Assembly: GCA_964534625.1 (NCBI GenBank)
Contig: CAZHRF010000012.1
Location: 8,501 to 72,500, forward strand
Length of the DNA stretch: 64,000 nt
Direction of reading: 5' to 3'
Source of the DNA: an uncultured archaeon
GTDB taxonomy: Archaea > Asgardarchaeota > Heimdallarchaeia > Heimdallarchaeales > Heimdallarchaeaceae
Within the stretch, counting starts at the first letter, position 1, and each line of letters starts with the position of its first letter. Position numbers and translations under genes: made by a program. Below the pieces are notes generated by a model that saw nothing but the letters and a program-made list of their open reading frames with translations, was not told the origin of the DNA and ran no database searches. This document shows positions 23,649 to 34,806 of the stretch, one piece after another.

Positions 23649-23728
23649 TTTTTAATCTATATTTCCTAAAAAAAGATATAAAGTCCTTTTACTATTCATT
23701 TTTAAGGTAAACACATTAACAGTCAAAG

Positions 23729-24577
23729 GTGATTAGGTTCATGCTACAATTACGCCCTTTAACTCTCGACGATATTGATTTTGCTTTTCAATTGATTTCA
23801 AGAGAGAATTGGACTACTACCAAATCTCAACTTGAAGATTTAATCATTTATAAAGGGAATAATAGCTACATTTTAGAAAAAGATACAAAGAGCATAGGGA
23901 TGATCTTCTGCATTAGCTACCCCGATTTTTCTTTTATTGGCAATTTCATTGTACTTTTAGAATATAGGGGGAGAGGGTTTGGAACATTCCTATTTAAAGA
24001 ACTGTTAAAAAGACTTGATGCACAAAATGTAAAAACAATAATGCTTGATGGCGTCCCAAAAGCTTTCAATTTCTATAGAAGATACGGATTTAATGCTATT
24101 TGTAAGTCTTTGCGTTTACAAGGAAAAATCGACATACCCATTGACGACAGTAACATACGGCTAATGAAACTAAAAGATCTAGAAGATGTAAATAAGCTAG
24201 ATAGAATTCATTTTGGGACAGATAGATTGTTTTTACTAAAGCAACAATTAATGAAGCATCCCAATTATGCTAAAGTAATGAAAACAAAAGACGGTAAATT
24301 ACAAGGATATATTATGGCTATTCCAAGGGGTGATCATATTTTTGTTGGCCCTTATATAATAAATCCAAGAGAAACAACACCAGAAAAATTGCTATTCTCT
24401 CTCCCTAAAGATATAAATTCAGCAAAAATTGGAGTCTTAGAAAATAATCCTTTTGCCAATAAGCTTTGTTACCAATTCGGATTCAAAATTACTCACTTTT
24501 CTACGAGAATGCAACGGGGAAGGCACATCATTCAAGGGGAAGGAATGCTTGGTATTGCAGGACCAGATAGAGGATGA
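23729..24577 (+). CDS. Tandem GNAT acetyltransferase (YitH-like; likely start at 23741)
   Basis: YRGRGFGTFLF, FYRRYGF, second domain with FGTDR and VGP. Confidence 0.85.
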   Translation: MIRFMLQLRPLTLDDIDFAFQLISRENWTTTKSQLEDLIIYKGNNSYILEKDTKSIGMIFCISYPDFSFIGNFIVLLEYRGRGFGTFLFKELLKRLDAQNVKTIMLDGVPKAFNFYRRYGFNAICKSLRLQGKIDIPIDDSNIRLMKLKDLEDVNKLDRIHFGTDRLFLLKQQLMKHPNYAKVMKTKDGKLQGYIMAIPRGDHIFVGPYIINPRETTPEKLLFSLPKDINSAKIGVLENNPFANKLCYQFGFKITHFSTRMQRGRHIIQGEGMLGIAGPDRG

Positions 24578-24670
24578 GATTCAGACACATACAAATGTGT
24601 TTTATACTATTTTGATAGTATTACTCTGAATTTTTTCCCTTATTTTAGTTCGTTGCATCAATAATAACCA

Positions 24671-25933
24671 TTGTTTCAGTTGAATCTTTATAAACAAGCT
24701 ATCAAAGTTCACCAATTAGAGCATAGTAGGATGATAAAAATGAAAGATAAAACATGGCTAATTGTAAAAGAAGAGCCTATGGCAGGATATACTCTAACAA
24801 ATATTTTTAGGATCTTATGGGATAATAAGTTTAAAGTCTACCCTAAATACTGGTTGAGATTTTTGTATGCATTTTTATTGAGTATTATAACTTGGCCACT
24901 TAGATTGGTCGAATACTTGAGATTCCATAGAAAAATAAAGAAGACAGAAATTGAACAAGATCCCGTTTTTGTTATTGGTCACTATAGAACAGGTACTACA
25001 TATCTCATGACACTTTTAGCTCATGATAAGTCTAAAGGATATGTTTCTAATATTGAAGGATATTGTCCTAATTTCTTTTTGGCATTTCCTAAATTTACAA
25101 AATGGTTAATTGACGCTTCATTACCAGAACAGAGACCAATGGATAATGTGATAATGGGTGCAGAGGAGCCAACAGAAGAAGAGTATTCAATAGGCGCTTT
25201 TACGAAATATGGATATTACACTGGTTTCATCTTTCCAAGAAATTTTGATCTTTATACAAAATATTTAACTTTCGAGGGAATGCCTAAGGATTTGAAAAAA
25301 TGGAAAAAAGCTTATTATTATTTCGTCCAGAAAATGACCTTGAAATATGAAGGAAAGCAAATGATCTTTAAAAACCCTACAAACAGTTATCGAATAAGAC
25401 ATATACTCGATATGTTTCCGGAGGCTAAATTCATACATACCTACAGGAATCCCTATAAAGTTTTCAAATCTACAGTTAAATTCTTTGATGAAGTGTTTGC
25501 TATCTATACTTTACAACCTTGGGATAAAGATAAGATGGAATTAGATATTTTGCGTAATTATAGGCTGCTTTATGAGCACCTAGAACGAGATTTATCTCTC
25601 ATACCTGAAAACAGGATTGTCCATGTTAAGTATGAAGATTTTGTTGAACAACCAATGGAAACAATTGAAAAAATATACAAGACACTAAATTTAGATAATT
25701 TTGAAGAATATAAAACAGATTTCCAGAAATATGTTGATTCACAAAAGGGGTATAAACCAAATAAGCATCATATATCGGATGAGGTTATTCTAAAGGTAAA
25801 TCAATTTTGGACAGATATGCGACAAAAATATGGATATGAAAAGCTAGTACCAGAAGACAATAAAACAAAATTAGAAGAGATTTTTGAAACGCAATTACCA
25901 AAAAAAAGGGAGATTTCAATAGGTGCAGGTTAA
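24671..25933 (+). CDS. PAPS-dependent sulfotransferase (bacterial-type)
   Basis: 5'-PSB motif GHYRTGTTYL, KNP, 3'-PB motif YRNPYKVFKS, VKYEDFV. Confidence 0.88.
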   Translation: MFQLNLYKQAIKVHQLEHSRMIKMKDKTWLIVKEEPMAGYTLTNIFRILWDNKFKVYPKYWLRFLYAFLLSIITWPLRLVEYLRFHRKIKKTEIEQDPVFVIGHYRTGTTYLMTLLAHDKSKGYVSNIEGYCPNFFLAFPKFTKWLIDASLPEQRPMDNVIMGAEEPTEEEYSIGAFTKYGYYTGFIFPRNFDLYTKYLTFEGMPKDLKKWKKAYYYFVQKMTLKYEGKQMIFKNPTNSYRIRHILDMFPEAKFIHTYRNPYKVFKSTVKFFDEVFAIYTLQPWDKDKMELDILRNYRLLYEHLERDLSLIPENRIVHVKYEDFVEQPMETIEKIYKTLNLDNFEEYKTDFQKYVDSQKGYKPNKHHISDEVILKVNQFWTDMRQKYGYEKLVPEDNKTKLEEIFETQLPKKREISIGAG

Positions 25934-26051
25934 TTTGGTTAATTGCTTTGAATTTTTCTTCCTTTTTCATATTTTATATTGCATATAATATGTAGCAATC
26001 TAGGATCTACATACATACACATCCTTTTTTTCTCATTTATCCTTATAAAAA

Positions 26052-26077
26052 TGTATAAACAATCTGTATAAACAATC
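26052..26077. repeat. 13-bp tandem duplication TGTATAAACAATC x2
   Basis: Exact copies at 26052-26064 and 26065-26077, upstream of the MFS gene. Confidence 0.8.
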
Positions 26078-26154
26078 TAACTTATATTTCGGTTGAATTT
26101 TTTATCGCTCGTTACAAAAAAAACTTTATTAATGAAAAGTAGAAAAAGTAAAAT

Positions 26155-27453
26155 ATGCCAAGTGTTAGAAGTTCTTCACCCATATTAGCTTTAGTGTTCA
26201 TTATTTTTGGTCACTTTTTGAATCATTTCTATGCTTACGTCTTTGGAGCTGCAATGTTCGTTATCCGGGCTGATATAGCTATGAGTAATCAACAAATTGG
26301 TTTATTAGCTACAATACAGATGAGCACATTTGCTTTGTTCACTTTTGCTGTTGGTATAATTGGGGATAAATGGGTACCGAGTAAGAAGCTGTTTGTTCCG
26401 CTAGGTGTGTTTTTAATGGCATTACATCTTGTAGTTGCCGCTAATGCTCAAAGTTTTGTATCTCTCGTTCTTGTGGCGGTTATTGTAGGGTTTGGATCTG
26501 CATTTTATCATCCTGTTGCCTATTCAATGATAGCCGAGCTATATGAGGACAAGAAGGGGATTTCAATGGCATTAAATGCGGCATTAGGAATGATTGGAAC
26601 AGCATTAACACCTGGATTAGTTGGGACATTTAATAGGTTAATTGGCTGGCGGAAATTCTTCCTGTTTTTTGGATTGGGAGCTGTCGGAATCTCGCTTATT
26701 TTATTTTATTGTTTCAATAGATTTTTCAATTACAAAATTACAAAGAAAGAACATGAATTGGTTGAACAAAGAGAGGATATGACAAATGGTCAAAGGGTCA
26801 GTCATTGGTTTAGAACAGAACTAATTATGATTTTAACTTTACTGGTTGTTATTTGTTTGCTATACAGTTCTTTTCGCTCTGGTTTATACAAAATTATTAC
26901 GCAATTTCTTTCAATCATTTTTGTTGATTACTTGAATTATAATATTTTCCAAGCAGGATGGATTTCTTCAATTATGTTAATAATAGGAGGTTTAACAGCT
27001 ATTGGTGGGGGGTTCCTCAGTGATAAATATCCAACGAGTTTGACGATGGTAATTTCATTATTGGGTAGTGCAGTATCTATTTTATTTATTTGGCTTTTAG
27101 GGGGTATACTCCCCGGTTTCTGGATAATTGGCCTTTTCTTTTTGTTTGTAGCTTTTTTACATTTTTCTTCAGCAGCGTCAACAAAGTATGTAGCAGAAAG
27201 TGTTCCTAAACATTCAAGGTCTACAGCACTAGGGTTCTTATTTGCAATCCCCAGTAGTATAGCGGGTGTCTTCCCTTGGCTTTTCGGGTTGATTTTAGAC
27301 AAGACCACGTTTGAAGTTTCTTTTCTATATTTATTCTCTATTGCTGCAATAGCAACCCTTTTAGCATTTGTTTTATTAGTTAAGGACATAAAAAGAGGTA
27401 AATTTGGTTTTGTAAATGAGGAAGAGAAAAAATTACAATTAAAGTATATTTGA
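26155..27453 (+). CDS. MFS transporter (FsR-like)
   Basis: About 12 TM helices; GIIGDK, GSAFYHPVA, GGFLSDKY. Confidence 0.88.
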   Translation: MPSVRSSSPILALVFIIFGHFLNHFYAYVFGAAMFVIRADIAMSNQQIGLLATIQMSTFALFTFAVGIIGDKWVPSKKLFVPLGVFLMALHLVVAANAQSFVSLVLVAVIVGFGSAFYHPVAYSMIAELYEDKKGISMALNAALGMIGTALTPGLVGTFNRLIGWRKFFLFFGLGAVGISLILFYCFNRFFNYKITKKEHELVEQREDMTNGQRVSHWFRTELIMILTLLVVICLLYSSFRSGLYKIITQFLSIIFVDYLNYNIFQAGWISSIMLIIGGLTAIGGGFLSDKYPTSLTMVISLLGSAVSILFIWLLGGILPGFWIIGLFFLFVAFLHFSSAASTKYVAESVPKHSRSTALGFLFAIPSSIAGVFPWLFGLILDKTTFEVSFLYLFSIAAIATLLAFVLLVKDIKRGKFGFVNEEEKKLQLKYI

Positions 27454-27508
27454 TCTACTTCATTTCTTTAAACACTAAATTTTAAAATAGGTTTTATTTT
27501 GATGAGTT

Positions 27509-28060
27509 ATGTCAAAAACTTCTAAAAGCCTAATCTGGGAACAAGTAGAAAAAAAGAAAATATTCGAGAACCCATTTATTACGATTAGAAATGATATAGC
27601 CAAACGTCCCGATAATAAGAAAGTTGAATATGCTGTAGTTGAACATAAAGATTTTATCTGCTCACTTTGTATAAACACTAAAAATGAAATTGTCCTAGTA
27701 AAGCAATTTCGCTATCCTTGGGATACCATAAGTTTGGAGAATCCTTCAGGTTTAATTAACAAAAATGAAACAGCAATTGAAGCTGCTAAAAGAGAGATCT
27801 TAGAAGAAACGGGATATATTACCGAACATATTATTCAGTTAGGAAAAAAATATCACCCAGTAGGTTTTGGTAGTGGTTGGGGGTATCTTTTTCTCAGTCG
27901 AGTTAAGGATCATACACATCAAATCCTTGATGATAATGAATTTATCGTCATAAAAACAATGACCATTACTGATTTTAATGGACTAATAGAAACTGGAGAA
28001 ATCATCCATGGAGCAACAATCTTTTGCTGGTTAGCTGCGAAAGCCAAAGGTTATGTATGA
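27509..28060 (+). CDS. NUDIX hydrolase (ADP-ribose pyrophosphatase-like)
   Basis: VKQFRYP; Nudix box GLINKNETAIEAAKREILEETGY. Confidence 0.9.
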   Translation: MSKTSKSLIWEQVEKKKIFENPFITIRNDIAKRPDNKKVEYAVVEHKDFICSLCINTKNEIVLVKQFRYPWDTISLENPSGLINKNETAIEAAKREILEETGYITEHIIQLGKKYHPVGFGSGWGYLFLSRVKDHTHQILDDNEFIVIKTMTITDFNGLIETGEIIHGATIFCWLAAKAKGYV

Positions 28061-28148
28061 ACTAAGTTGAAATTTTTCTCTCTCTTCTTTCTTTATAAAT
28101 TTGTGTCATACTCTATTTTCATTATTAAGGTAAGTTTTTAATGTAAGT

Positions 28149-29114
28149 GTGTGTTTATTTTATACAATGCAAGAAAACGATGAAGCTGTTCTTGAGAGAC
28201 AAACTTTGATTGGCAAATTCCTCGATAGATTAAACTATCGACCTCTCCGTTCTCTTTACACAAAAATGAACAACTTACTGCAGATAATAGATCGTTTTCT
28301 TAGTACTGAAGAGGGAAACCTTTCTTCTCTTCGTTCTGCTCTTCTTTCACATCTCTCTTTACTATCTAGAACTTTTTACCAGACAACAATCGTTGGTCAT
28401 TTACGTGATGGAGAATCGGATTCAGTTAATGATTTCAAGAATGAGGTAGAGAGAGCTTTTGTGAAAGGGGTCCAAGAAAGACAAATCATTGTTGAAAGAA
28501 TTGAACAAATAATTAACAGATCAGATGATTTCACAAAACTAAAGGAGCAATTGAATAATAAATGGCAAGAAATATATTACAAAATCTCTCCTGAGACTTC
28601 TTCAGAAAAAAATATTCGCCAAGATTTAGAATTAGTACTTGAAAAAAATGAAGAATATATAATGAAATTTCAACCACAAAATCTTGATGATGAATTTATT
28701 AACACTCAAAGCAAATTAATGAAAAAAACAACAGAACTCTCGTTTTCAGCAGCAGATTTGGGAGATAAAATTCAAATGATTTTACACGAATTATTAGAAT
28801 TAAGTATCAATCCTCTTGTTTCGGTTTTTGAAGATGAAGTTATAAGTGCAGCAAAGATCATTAGCCAATTAAGGTATGAGAGAAAATCAGAAGATAAAGG
28901 ATTAGCTGATGATGAAATGGCGAAATTGTGCGATGTATTGTCTTGGGGACTTGATGATTTAACCAGTTTTGATGATCTGATAAATATTGGAAAACAGTTA
29001 AGAAACGAATATGCAGCTCTCTTGTCCGATTTCCTCGTTTACCTTGTAGATATAGATTTGGGAATACAAGAAATAGAATCAATGAGTTTAGAGAAACTTC
29101 AACAAAGTTCCTAA
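28149..29114 (+). CDS. Hypothetical acidic helical/coiled-coil protein
   Basis: Long open frame rich in E/L/K with heptad-like patterning; no motif recognised. Confidence 0.55.
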   Translation: MCLFYTMQENDEAVLERQTLIGKFLDRLNYRPLRSLYTKMNNLLQIIDRFLSTEEGNLSSLRSALLSHLSLLSRTFYQTTIVGHLRDGESDSVNDFKNEVERAFVKGVQERQIIVERIEQIINRSDDFTKLKEQLNNKWQEIYYKISPETSSEKNIRQDLELVLEKNEEYIMKFQPQNLDDEFINTQSKLMKKTTELSFSAADLGDKIQMILHELLELSINPLVSVFEDEVISAAKIISQLRYERKSEDKGLADDEMAKLCDVLSWGLDDLTSFDDLINIGKQLRNEYAALLSDFLVYLVDIDLGIQEIESMSLEKLQQSS

Positions 29115-29117
29115 ACC

Positions 29118-30026
29118 CTACGAATTTATAAAACCCACTAAATGCTTCAAATTTTCTTTAACTATATTGTAATTGGGATCAATAGCTAAAGCTTTTTTAT
29201 AACATTTTATGGCTTTTGTTTTGTTTCCTTTGTTAGCAAAAATGGCACCCAAGTTTGCCCAAGCAGTTTTTAGCACCGAATTAAGTGATAAAGCAGTAAT
29301 ATAGTTATCAATTGCTTTTTCATCTTGATTCAACTTGACGTTTAAATTACCTATTTTCAACCAGATTATTGGATTTTTACCATCTTTTACTGAAGCTTTT
29401 TCATATCGCGTCATGGCTTCCGAGTAGTAACCATATGACTCATATACTTTTCCCAAAGTCAATAAAGTAAGAACTGTTGGTTTAATTTTTTCAGACTTTT
29501 TCAGATAAATAATAGCGTCTTCAATTCTACCCAGTTCAGCTAAAATTGTTCCCAAGTTGTAAAGCAATATATAATTATCGGTTTCGATTTTAGTAGCCTT
29601 TTCAAGTAGTTTTAATGCTTCAACATTTTTTCCTTCTAAACTTAAAATCCTACTTAAATTGTTCAGGGCGCCTATATTTGAGGGATTTTTGAGTAATATC
29701 CTTCTATAACACAACTCGCTATCTCTGTATTTTTTTAGATTAAAATGGCAATTCCCAGTATTTAATAATGCATCAATGTTGTATTCATTATTTGTTAATA
29801 CAATTTTATAAACATTTAATGCCTTGTGATAGTCTTTCTTTTGCATATGTTTATATGCCTTGAAAAGCAAGTCATCGATATCAATATTATTATGCTCCTC
29901 TTGATTGTTAGTTTGTTCTTTCTTAATAGTTGGTTTTTCCTTAAAAACTGTCACTATTGAATTTGATTCGTTCTTTTGAGAAACAGCCATATGTCCTCTC
30001 ATACTATTATGTGACAAATTGTTCAT
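29118..30026 (-). CDS. Tetratricopeptide repeat protein
   Basis: About seven TPR units (e.g. AWANLGAIFANKGNKTKAIKCYKKALAIDP). Confidence 0.9.
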   Translation of the reverse strand: MNNLSHNSMRGHMAVSQKNESNSIVTVFKEKPTIKKEQTNNQEEHNNIDIDDLLFKAYKHMQKKDYHKALNVYKIVLTNNEYNIDALLNTGNCHFNLKKYRDSELCYRRILLKNPSNIGALNNLSRILSLEGKNVEALKLLEKATKIETDNYILLYNLGTILAELGRIEDAIIYLKKSEKIKPTVLTLLTLGKVYESYGYYSEAMTRYEKASVKDGKNPIIWLKIGNLNVKLNQDEKAIDNYITALSLNSVLKTAWANLGAIFANKGNKTKAIKCYKKALAIDPNYNIVKENLKHLVGFINS

Positions 30027-30154
30027 ACTGGTATCCCTAAAAATAGTTATTCAAAACCTACTTGAATGCTGATAATACGTAGATATTTTCCTTGTTAAAA
30101 CAAATTTCTACATAAACGAAATAGTCAAAACAAAGGAGTTTTATACTAACAAGA

Positions 30155-30655
30155 ATGTTTCTACACATGAGTTATGATTTATTTTTATCAAGAGATTATT
30201 TTGTTTTTGCTTGTGCCCATTTCGTGATAGGTGAAAATTTCTTTGAACCTCTTCATGGTCATAACTATAAGATTAAAGTCAATGTTTTTGGTGAACAAGG
30301 AACTGATAATATGGTGTTAGATTTTCATGATATCAAGGAAGTTGTAAAGCCAATAGTTGATGAACTTGATCACCATGTTCTTTTACCTGCTAGTAACAAA
30401 CATATAAAAATTATCGAAAAAGGAGAACAAATAATCTTCAAAGTTCCGAGATTAAATAAAGAGTATGAATTTCCTAAAGAAGATGTAATTATTTTGCCTA
30501 TTGAAAACACAACCGTTGAAGAGATGAGCCATTATTTTATTAAGATGTTACAGGGAAATAATGCAATCTATCGCAAAAATATTGATAAGATAACAATTAC
30601 CGTAACAGAGTATGAAGGACAAGGAGTCACTTGTGAACTCATTCCAAGTGATTAA
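30155..30655 (+). CDS. 6-pyruvoyl-tetrahydropterin synthase family protein, PTPS-III-type motif
   Basis: FACAH...EPLHGHNY (Glu, not Cys, before HGH), MVLDF, LDH, TTVE. Confidence 0.85.
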   Translation: MFLHMSYDLFLSRDYFVFACAHFVIGENFFEPLHGHNYKIKVNVFGEQGTDNMVLDFHDIKEVVKPIVDELDHHVLLPASNKHIKIIEKGEQIIFKVPRLNKEYEFPKEDVIILPIENTTVEEMSHYFIKMLQGNNAIYRKNIDKITITVTEYEGQGVTCELIPSD

Positions 30656-31385
30656 TTGGTATATTTAGTTGATTTGTCCAATTAATAACTGATTTTGCGA
30701 TATCGAACTTTTTGAGTTTCATATCATATTTCTTCTTTGTTAATCTATTTTTAGAATATTTTCCAATTGTTTTCCCAAAAGTAAAACCGTATAACCAGAT
30801 TTCTGAACAATTCATATTACAGCTGAAGCAGACTGCCCTATCCCCATCTGTAAATCCAAAAAAATTATATGAATGGTCCAATGGTTTTGTTTGGGTTGTT
30901 AAAATATATTTTGTTCCATAAATATGGGGTAAAAAACGCTCTAGACGAGATTTATTATCCCCATGTACATGTACTAATAAATATGCGCCTTCTTTCATAG
31001 CTGTAATCTGATCTTCTACAGTTCCATCAAGATCCGTGATAATAATATCAGGGAGGATGTTTTTTTCCAATAAAAATGTAGTAGCTCCATCTACAGCTAT
31101 AATAATTTGTTTGTCAGACTTTTTAAAATGAAGAATATTTTCAGATAAAGAGGGTCCTGGGGCAAAAATATGAGATGAACGACCTTTTAATATGTGATGA
31201 AGCTCGTTTACAGTTATTTTACTTGGATAAACATTAACTATTGATTTTAACGCACCATAATCTTTTTTGGAGTCAATTTGTAAATAAGTGCATATTGTAG
31301 GATACCAATAATCTAACCATGATTCTAATGAAAAAGGAGTTTTTTCTAATGGGTGAAATATGCTTGCAGAAGTGTCAAAAATCAT
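30639..31385 (-). CDS. mptE: 6-hydroxymethyl-7,8-dihydropterin pyrophosphokinase, archaeal MptE type
   Basis: PGPSL, AVDGA, ITDLDG, HVHGDN, FGFTDGDRA, KLKKF. Confidence 0.9.
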   Translation of the reverse strand: MIFDTSASIFHPLEKTPFSLESWLDYWYPTICTYLQIDSKKDYGALKSIVNVYPSKITVNELHHILKGRSSHIFAPGPSLSENILHFKKSDKQIIIAVDGATTFLLEKNILPDIIITDLDGTVEDQITAMKEGAYLLVHVHGDNKSRLERFLPHIYGTKYILTTQTKPLDHSYNFFGFTDGDRAVCFSCNMNCSEIWLYGFTFGKTIGKYSKNRLTKKKYDMKLKKFDIAKSVINWTNQLNIPINHLE

Positions 31386-31563
31386 TAATTATTATAAATA
31401 TAAAATCTTTATAATTTTGTTGTTGTCACTTTAATCCACTTTATACATTATACAAACTAACTAGTGATGTCTCGTATGTTTTTTAGACATCCTTAATTGC
31501 TTGCATAGTTCAACCATTTTGTTATAAAAATATATTAATAAGTATTTACAAATACTGTTTTTT

Positions 31564-33780
31564 ATGCAAGTCCTTTGTATCAAGATCAAAAGGTTCTCCC
31601 TTATAACAATATTACTTACAGTCTTCATATTATTCTCTTTTTCATTTATGATTAATCTTCCTCAGGCTACAGAAGAAGAACTTAATAATACTTTCTCAGC
31701 TAGAATATACAAAAAACCCTACTTTAATTATATCCCAGATAGAGATCGAACAATCTATATTGGAAACGGTTTTAGATATGAAACTGCACCCGTGGTTGTG
31801 GATTTTGACAATGATAATTCATTTGAATATGTAGCATTATCAACTTACAGAAATGAAACAGTAGGTCACCAAATAACATTATTAAGGGACAATGTTATAT
31901 TACAAGGATGGCCAATAAACGTACCGTTTTCCGTTGATGAAATTGTAGGAAAAATGGATCATGCAGTTCATGGTCAAGCATTGATTATAAGAACATACAA
32001 CCTTTCGGAGAACACAACCTACTTCCGTGCATTAGCAAAGAATGGGACTTTTATTAAAAATCATCTAATTTCAATTGAAGGGGCTTTCTTATCTGAAACA
32101 ATTTTTACAGATATTAATAACGATTCTCATAAAGAGTTTGTCATAGCTGGAAATATACGTAATACAAATTCAAGTCATGTATATATTATCGATACTGATG
32201 GCTCAATAATTCACAACTGGCCACAAATAATTGTAAATGACAGTTTATCTACTGCTCCCGTTTTAGATGATATAACTAATGATGGAGAATTGGAAATTAT
32301 CCTCAACTCCGAACAAGGTAAAATTTATGCTTGGCATTTGAATGGTTCCTTACTTGAAGGTTACCCTCTTAAAATTGACATGGAAAAAACTTCCGCACCA
32401 GATGGTTTTAGGGCGGTGCCTACTATTGTTGATGCGGATAATGATGGAATTAAAGAGTTGTTTACTGCATCCGTTTTTGGTACCTTGTATGGAATTAAAT
32501 TAGATCCATCCATTTCCAAGACATGGAGCTACCCTCTAAATATGTCAGTATATGGGATATCACAAGGAACAGCTTATGATCTAAATCGTGACGGTATTCA
32601 TGAAATAATACAACCAGGAACAGGAGGAATTGCTGTTTTTAATTTTGATTCAACCAAAGGGTTCAAAGTAAAGTTTTCATTAAGGCATACAGTAGAAAGT
32701 GTTTCCGTGGGTCCAGCCATTGCTGATATAGATAGAGACAACTCTGTCGATTTAATTTTTACTTATCCAACCCAACTTAGGGTGCTAGATAATAATGGTA
32801 CCGAAATGAGAGAGGAAAGAAGAGAGATTTCAGCTACATATCAAAGACAGATTCAACCATTAATATTTGATATAGATAACGACGGACAGATAGAGATTCT
32901 ACATATTAGTTCTGATGGAGTGATATCCATCCTTGAAACGGAAGATTTTGGCTTTTTACCGTGGATTTATAAGACGGGATCAGTTTTTCATAGACCAGAT
33001 CTTGATTCAGATGGAGATGGATTATTTGATTATGAAGAAATCAAATTGGGTACAGATCCCAACAATCCAGATACAGATGGTGATGGGATAAGCGATGGGT
33101 TAGAGGTCAATCAATATTTTTTGAATCCATTAAAAAAGGATGCAGATACGGATACTGACAGCGATGAATTAACCAATATCAAAGAGGTGGACATTTATAA
33201 AACAAATCCATTAAACCCTGACTCCGACTTCGATGGAATAACAGACGGCGATGAGGCGCTAATTTATCAAACAGATCCTAATAATCCAGATACAGATGGA
33301 GATGGGATACCTGATGGCTATGAGATATTCTACAATGATGTCCTAGATCCAAATGATCCAACTGATGCAAGAGAGGATCCCGATGGTGATGGTCTAACAA
33401 ACTTAGAGGAGTACATCTGGGATACAGATCCCAACAATCCAGATACAGATGGAGATGGTATGCCTGACGGATGGGAAGCAAAACATAATCTTGATCCTAC
33501 TAACCCTGCTGATGCAAATGAGGATCCCGATGGTGACGGTTTAACTAATTTGGAGGAGCATATGTATGGTACAGACCCTAATAATCCAGATACTGATGGC
33601 GATGGTTACACCGACTACGAAGAAATAAAAGCAGGTTCCGACCCAAATGACCCCAATTCCATACCAGATGATACTAAATTATTGACATGGTCAAGAGGAT
33701 TTATGGTTTTATCACTCATTCCTGTATTCATAGTTTTTCTTAATAAGAAAAAGACAAAGTATAAATCACGTATAGAGTGA
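31564..33780 (+). CDS. Secreted surface protein with FG-GAP/VCBS-like repeats, thrombospondin type 3-like Ca-binding repeats and a C-terminal membrane anchor
   Basis: N-terminal signal; repeated DxDxDGxxE(I/L) and GWP units; multiple [15 protein letters not shown] repeats; C-terminal hydrophobic helix followed by KKK. Confidence 0.85.
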   Translation: MQVLCIKIKRFSLITILLTVFILFSFSFMINLPQATEEELNNTFSARIYKKPYFNYIPDRDRTIYIGNGFRYETAPVVVDFDNDNSFEYVALSTYRNETVGHQITLLRDNVILQGWPINVPFSVDEIVGKMDHAVHGQALIIRTYNLSENTTYFRALAKNGTFIKNHLISIEGAFLSETIFTDINNDSHKEFVIAGNIRNTNSSHVYIIDTDGSIIHNWPQIIVNDSLSTAPVLDDITNDGELEIILNSEQGKIYAWHLNGSLLEGYPLKIDMEKTSAPDGFRAVPTIVDADNDGIKELFTASVFGTLYGIKLDPSISKTWSYPLNMSVYGISQGTAYDLNRDGIHEIIQPGTGGIAVFNFDSTKGFKVKFSLRHTVESVSVGPAIADIDRDNSVDLIFTYPTQLRVLDNNGTEMREERREISATYQRQIQPLIFDIDNDGQIEILHISSDGVISILETEDFGFLPWIYKTGSVFHRPDLDSDGDGLFDYEEIKLGTDPNNPDTDGDGISDGLEVNQYFLNPLKKDADTDTDSDELTNIKEVDIYKTNPLNPDSDFDGITDGDEALIYQTDPNNPDTDGDGIPDGYEIFYNDVLDPNDPTDAREDPDGDGLTNLEEYIWDTDPNNPDTDGDGMPDGWEAKHNLDPTNPADANEDPDGDGLTNLEEHMYGTDPNNPDTDGDGYTDYEEIKAGSDPNDPNSIPDDTKLLTWSRGFMVLSLIPVFIVFLNKKKTKYKSRIE
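33001..33660 (+). repeat. Intragenic tandem TSP3-like repeats
   Basis: 30-bp exact DNA repeat TACAGATCCCAACAATCCAGATACAGATGG at 33051 and 33423, with variants near 33271 and 33570. Confidence 0.85.
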
Positions 33781-33784
33781 TATG

Positions 33785-34237
33785 TTAATTGAGCATGAAG
33801 AAATTAAATACAAAAGGGGTAATGAAGGCAGAAATAAAAAGATAAAGTGCTAGCTTGAATAAAGGATGCGCTTCCTTCAGTCTCTCCCATTGACTTCCTT
33901 GTCTACTCATTATGAATATAGGATTTTCTTCCACTATAGTGAAACCAAAAAAGAGGAGTATAAACACAGATAAAAAAATCAGAAAGACTGCGTAACTACT
34001 TCGTTTAATTTCATTCTCTACATAGGTATACATGGCAAGTAAATATATAATGCCCATAATGATTGGATAATATATGATGGAACTACAAGGGATCAAGAAG
34101 AGTTTATGAACAATCTCTTTTACTAAACTGACTTCAAACTGATATGCACACCGTCTACAAGCATATATTCTACCATAAAGGTCTTTCCGACGAAATACAC
34201 GCTTTGAATCGCAATATGGACATCTCATTGAAATCAA
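33785..34237 (-). CDS. Zn-ribbon plus three-TM membrane protein
   Basis: CPYC...CRRC at the N-terminus, then three hydrophobic helices. Confidence 0.6.
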   Translation of the reverse strand: MISMRCPYCDSKRVFRRKDLYGRIYACRRCAYQFEVSLVKEIVHKLFLIPCSSIIYYPIIMGIIYLLAMYTYVENEIKRSSYAVFLIFLSVFILLFFGFTIVEENPIFIMSRQGSQWERLKEAHPLFKLALYLFISAFITPFVFNFFMLN

Positions 34238-34342
34238 GAGTATATTAGCAGAAGTAATTATAAAGTCTATTAAACACCTAAAAAGTTATATGCAAAGCCA
34301 ACATTTCAACAACTATAAAAAGTTGTACTATTCTTTTTTGGT

Positions 34343-34681
34343 ATGAAGCATTATAAAATATGTGTACATGTCCCTGAAAGGATTCTTGAGCAGCTCATGG
34401 ATAGAATAAATCAGACTATGAAACCACTCTATGATAATTATGATTATGTTTTTAATTATTATAAAGTTAAAGGTACATGGAGACCGCTTGAAGGAGCTAA
34501 TCCTTACGATGGACAGATAGATGAAATAAGTAAAAATTCCGAAATAAAATTAGAAGTTACTGTAAGAGAATCAGATTTATCAAAGGTTTTAAGTAAAATT
34601 AAAGAGCTTCATCCGTATGAAACCCCTGTAATTGAAGTGTATTTAGTTCAACTATATACAGATATAATAAAAGAAGATTAA
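34343..34681 (+). CDS. Stand-alone YqfO/Nif3 PII-like (CutA-like) domain protein
   Basis: GTWRPLEGANPYDG...EIKLE...HPYETPVIEV. Confidence 0.8.
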   Translation: MKHYKICVHVPERILEQLMDRINQTMKPLYDNYDYVFNYYKVKGTWRPLEGANPYDGQIDEISKNSEIKLEVTVRESDLSKVLSKIKELHPYETPVIEVYLVQLYTDIIKED

Positions 34682-34806
34682 AAATAGTGTATTTTATATT
34701 GAGCTTGCACAAATATTATTGTAGGCTGTTACCCAGTTTCTATTACAGAGATAATTTTTTTGTCAAAGTCTAAAATTAATATACTAGTGATGCTTATGTT
34801 CTAATC

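Noticed and set aside
30155-30655. Annotation as canonical queD
   Set aside because: The catalytic C-x3-HGH motif is replaced by E-x2-HGH, so the gene symbol was withheld
33001-33660. Regularly recurring ~30-bp repeats resembling a CRISPR array
   Set aside because: They are in-frame coding repeats (TSP3-like) with synonymous variation and irregular spacing; no cas genes are present
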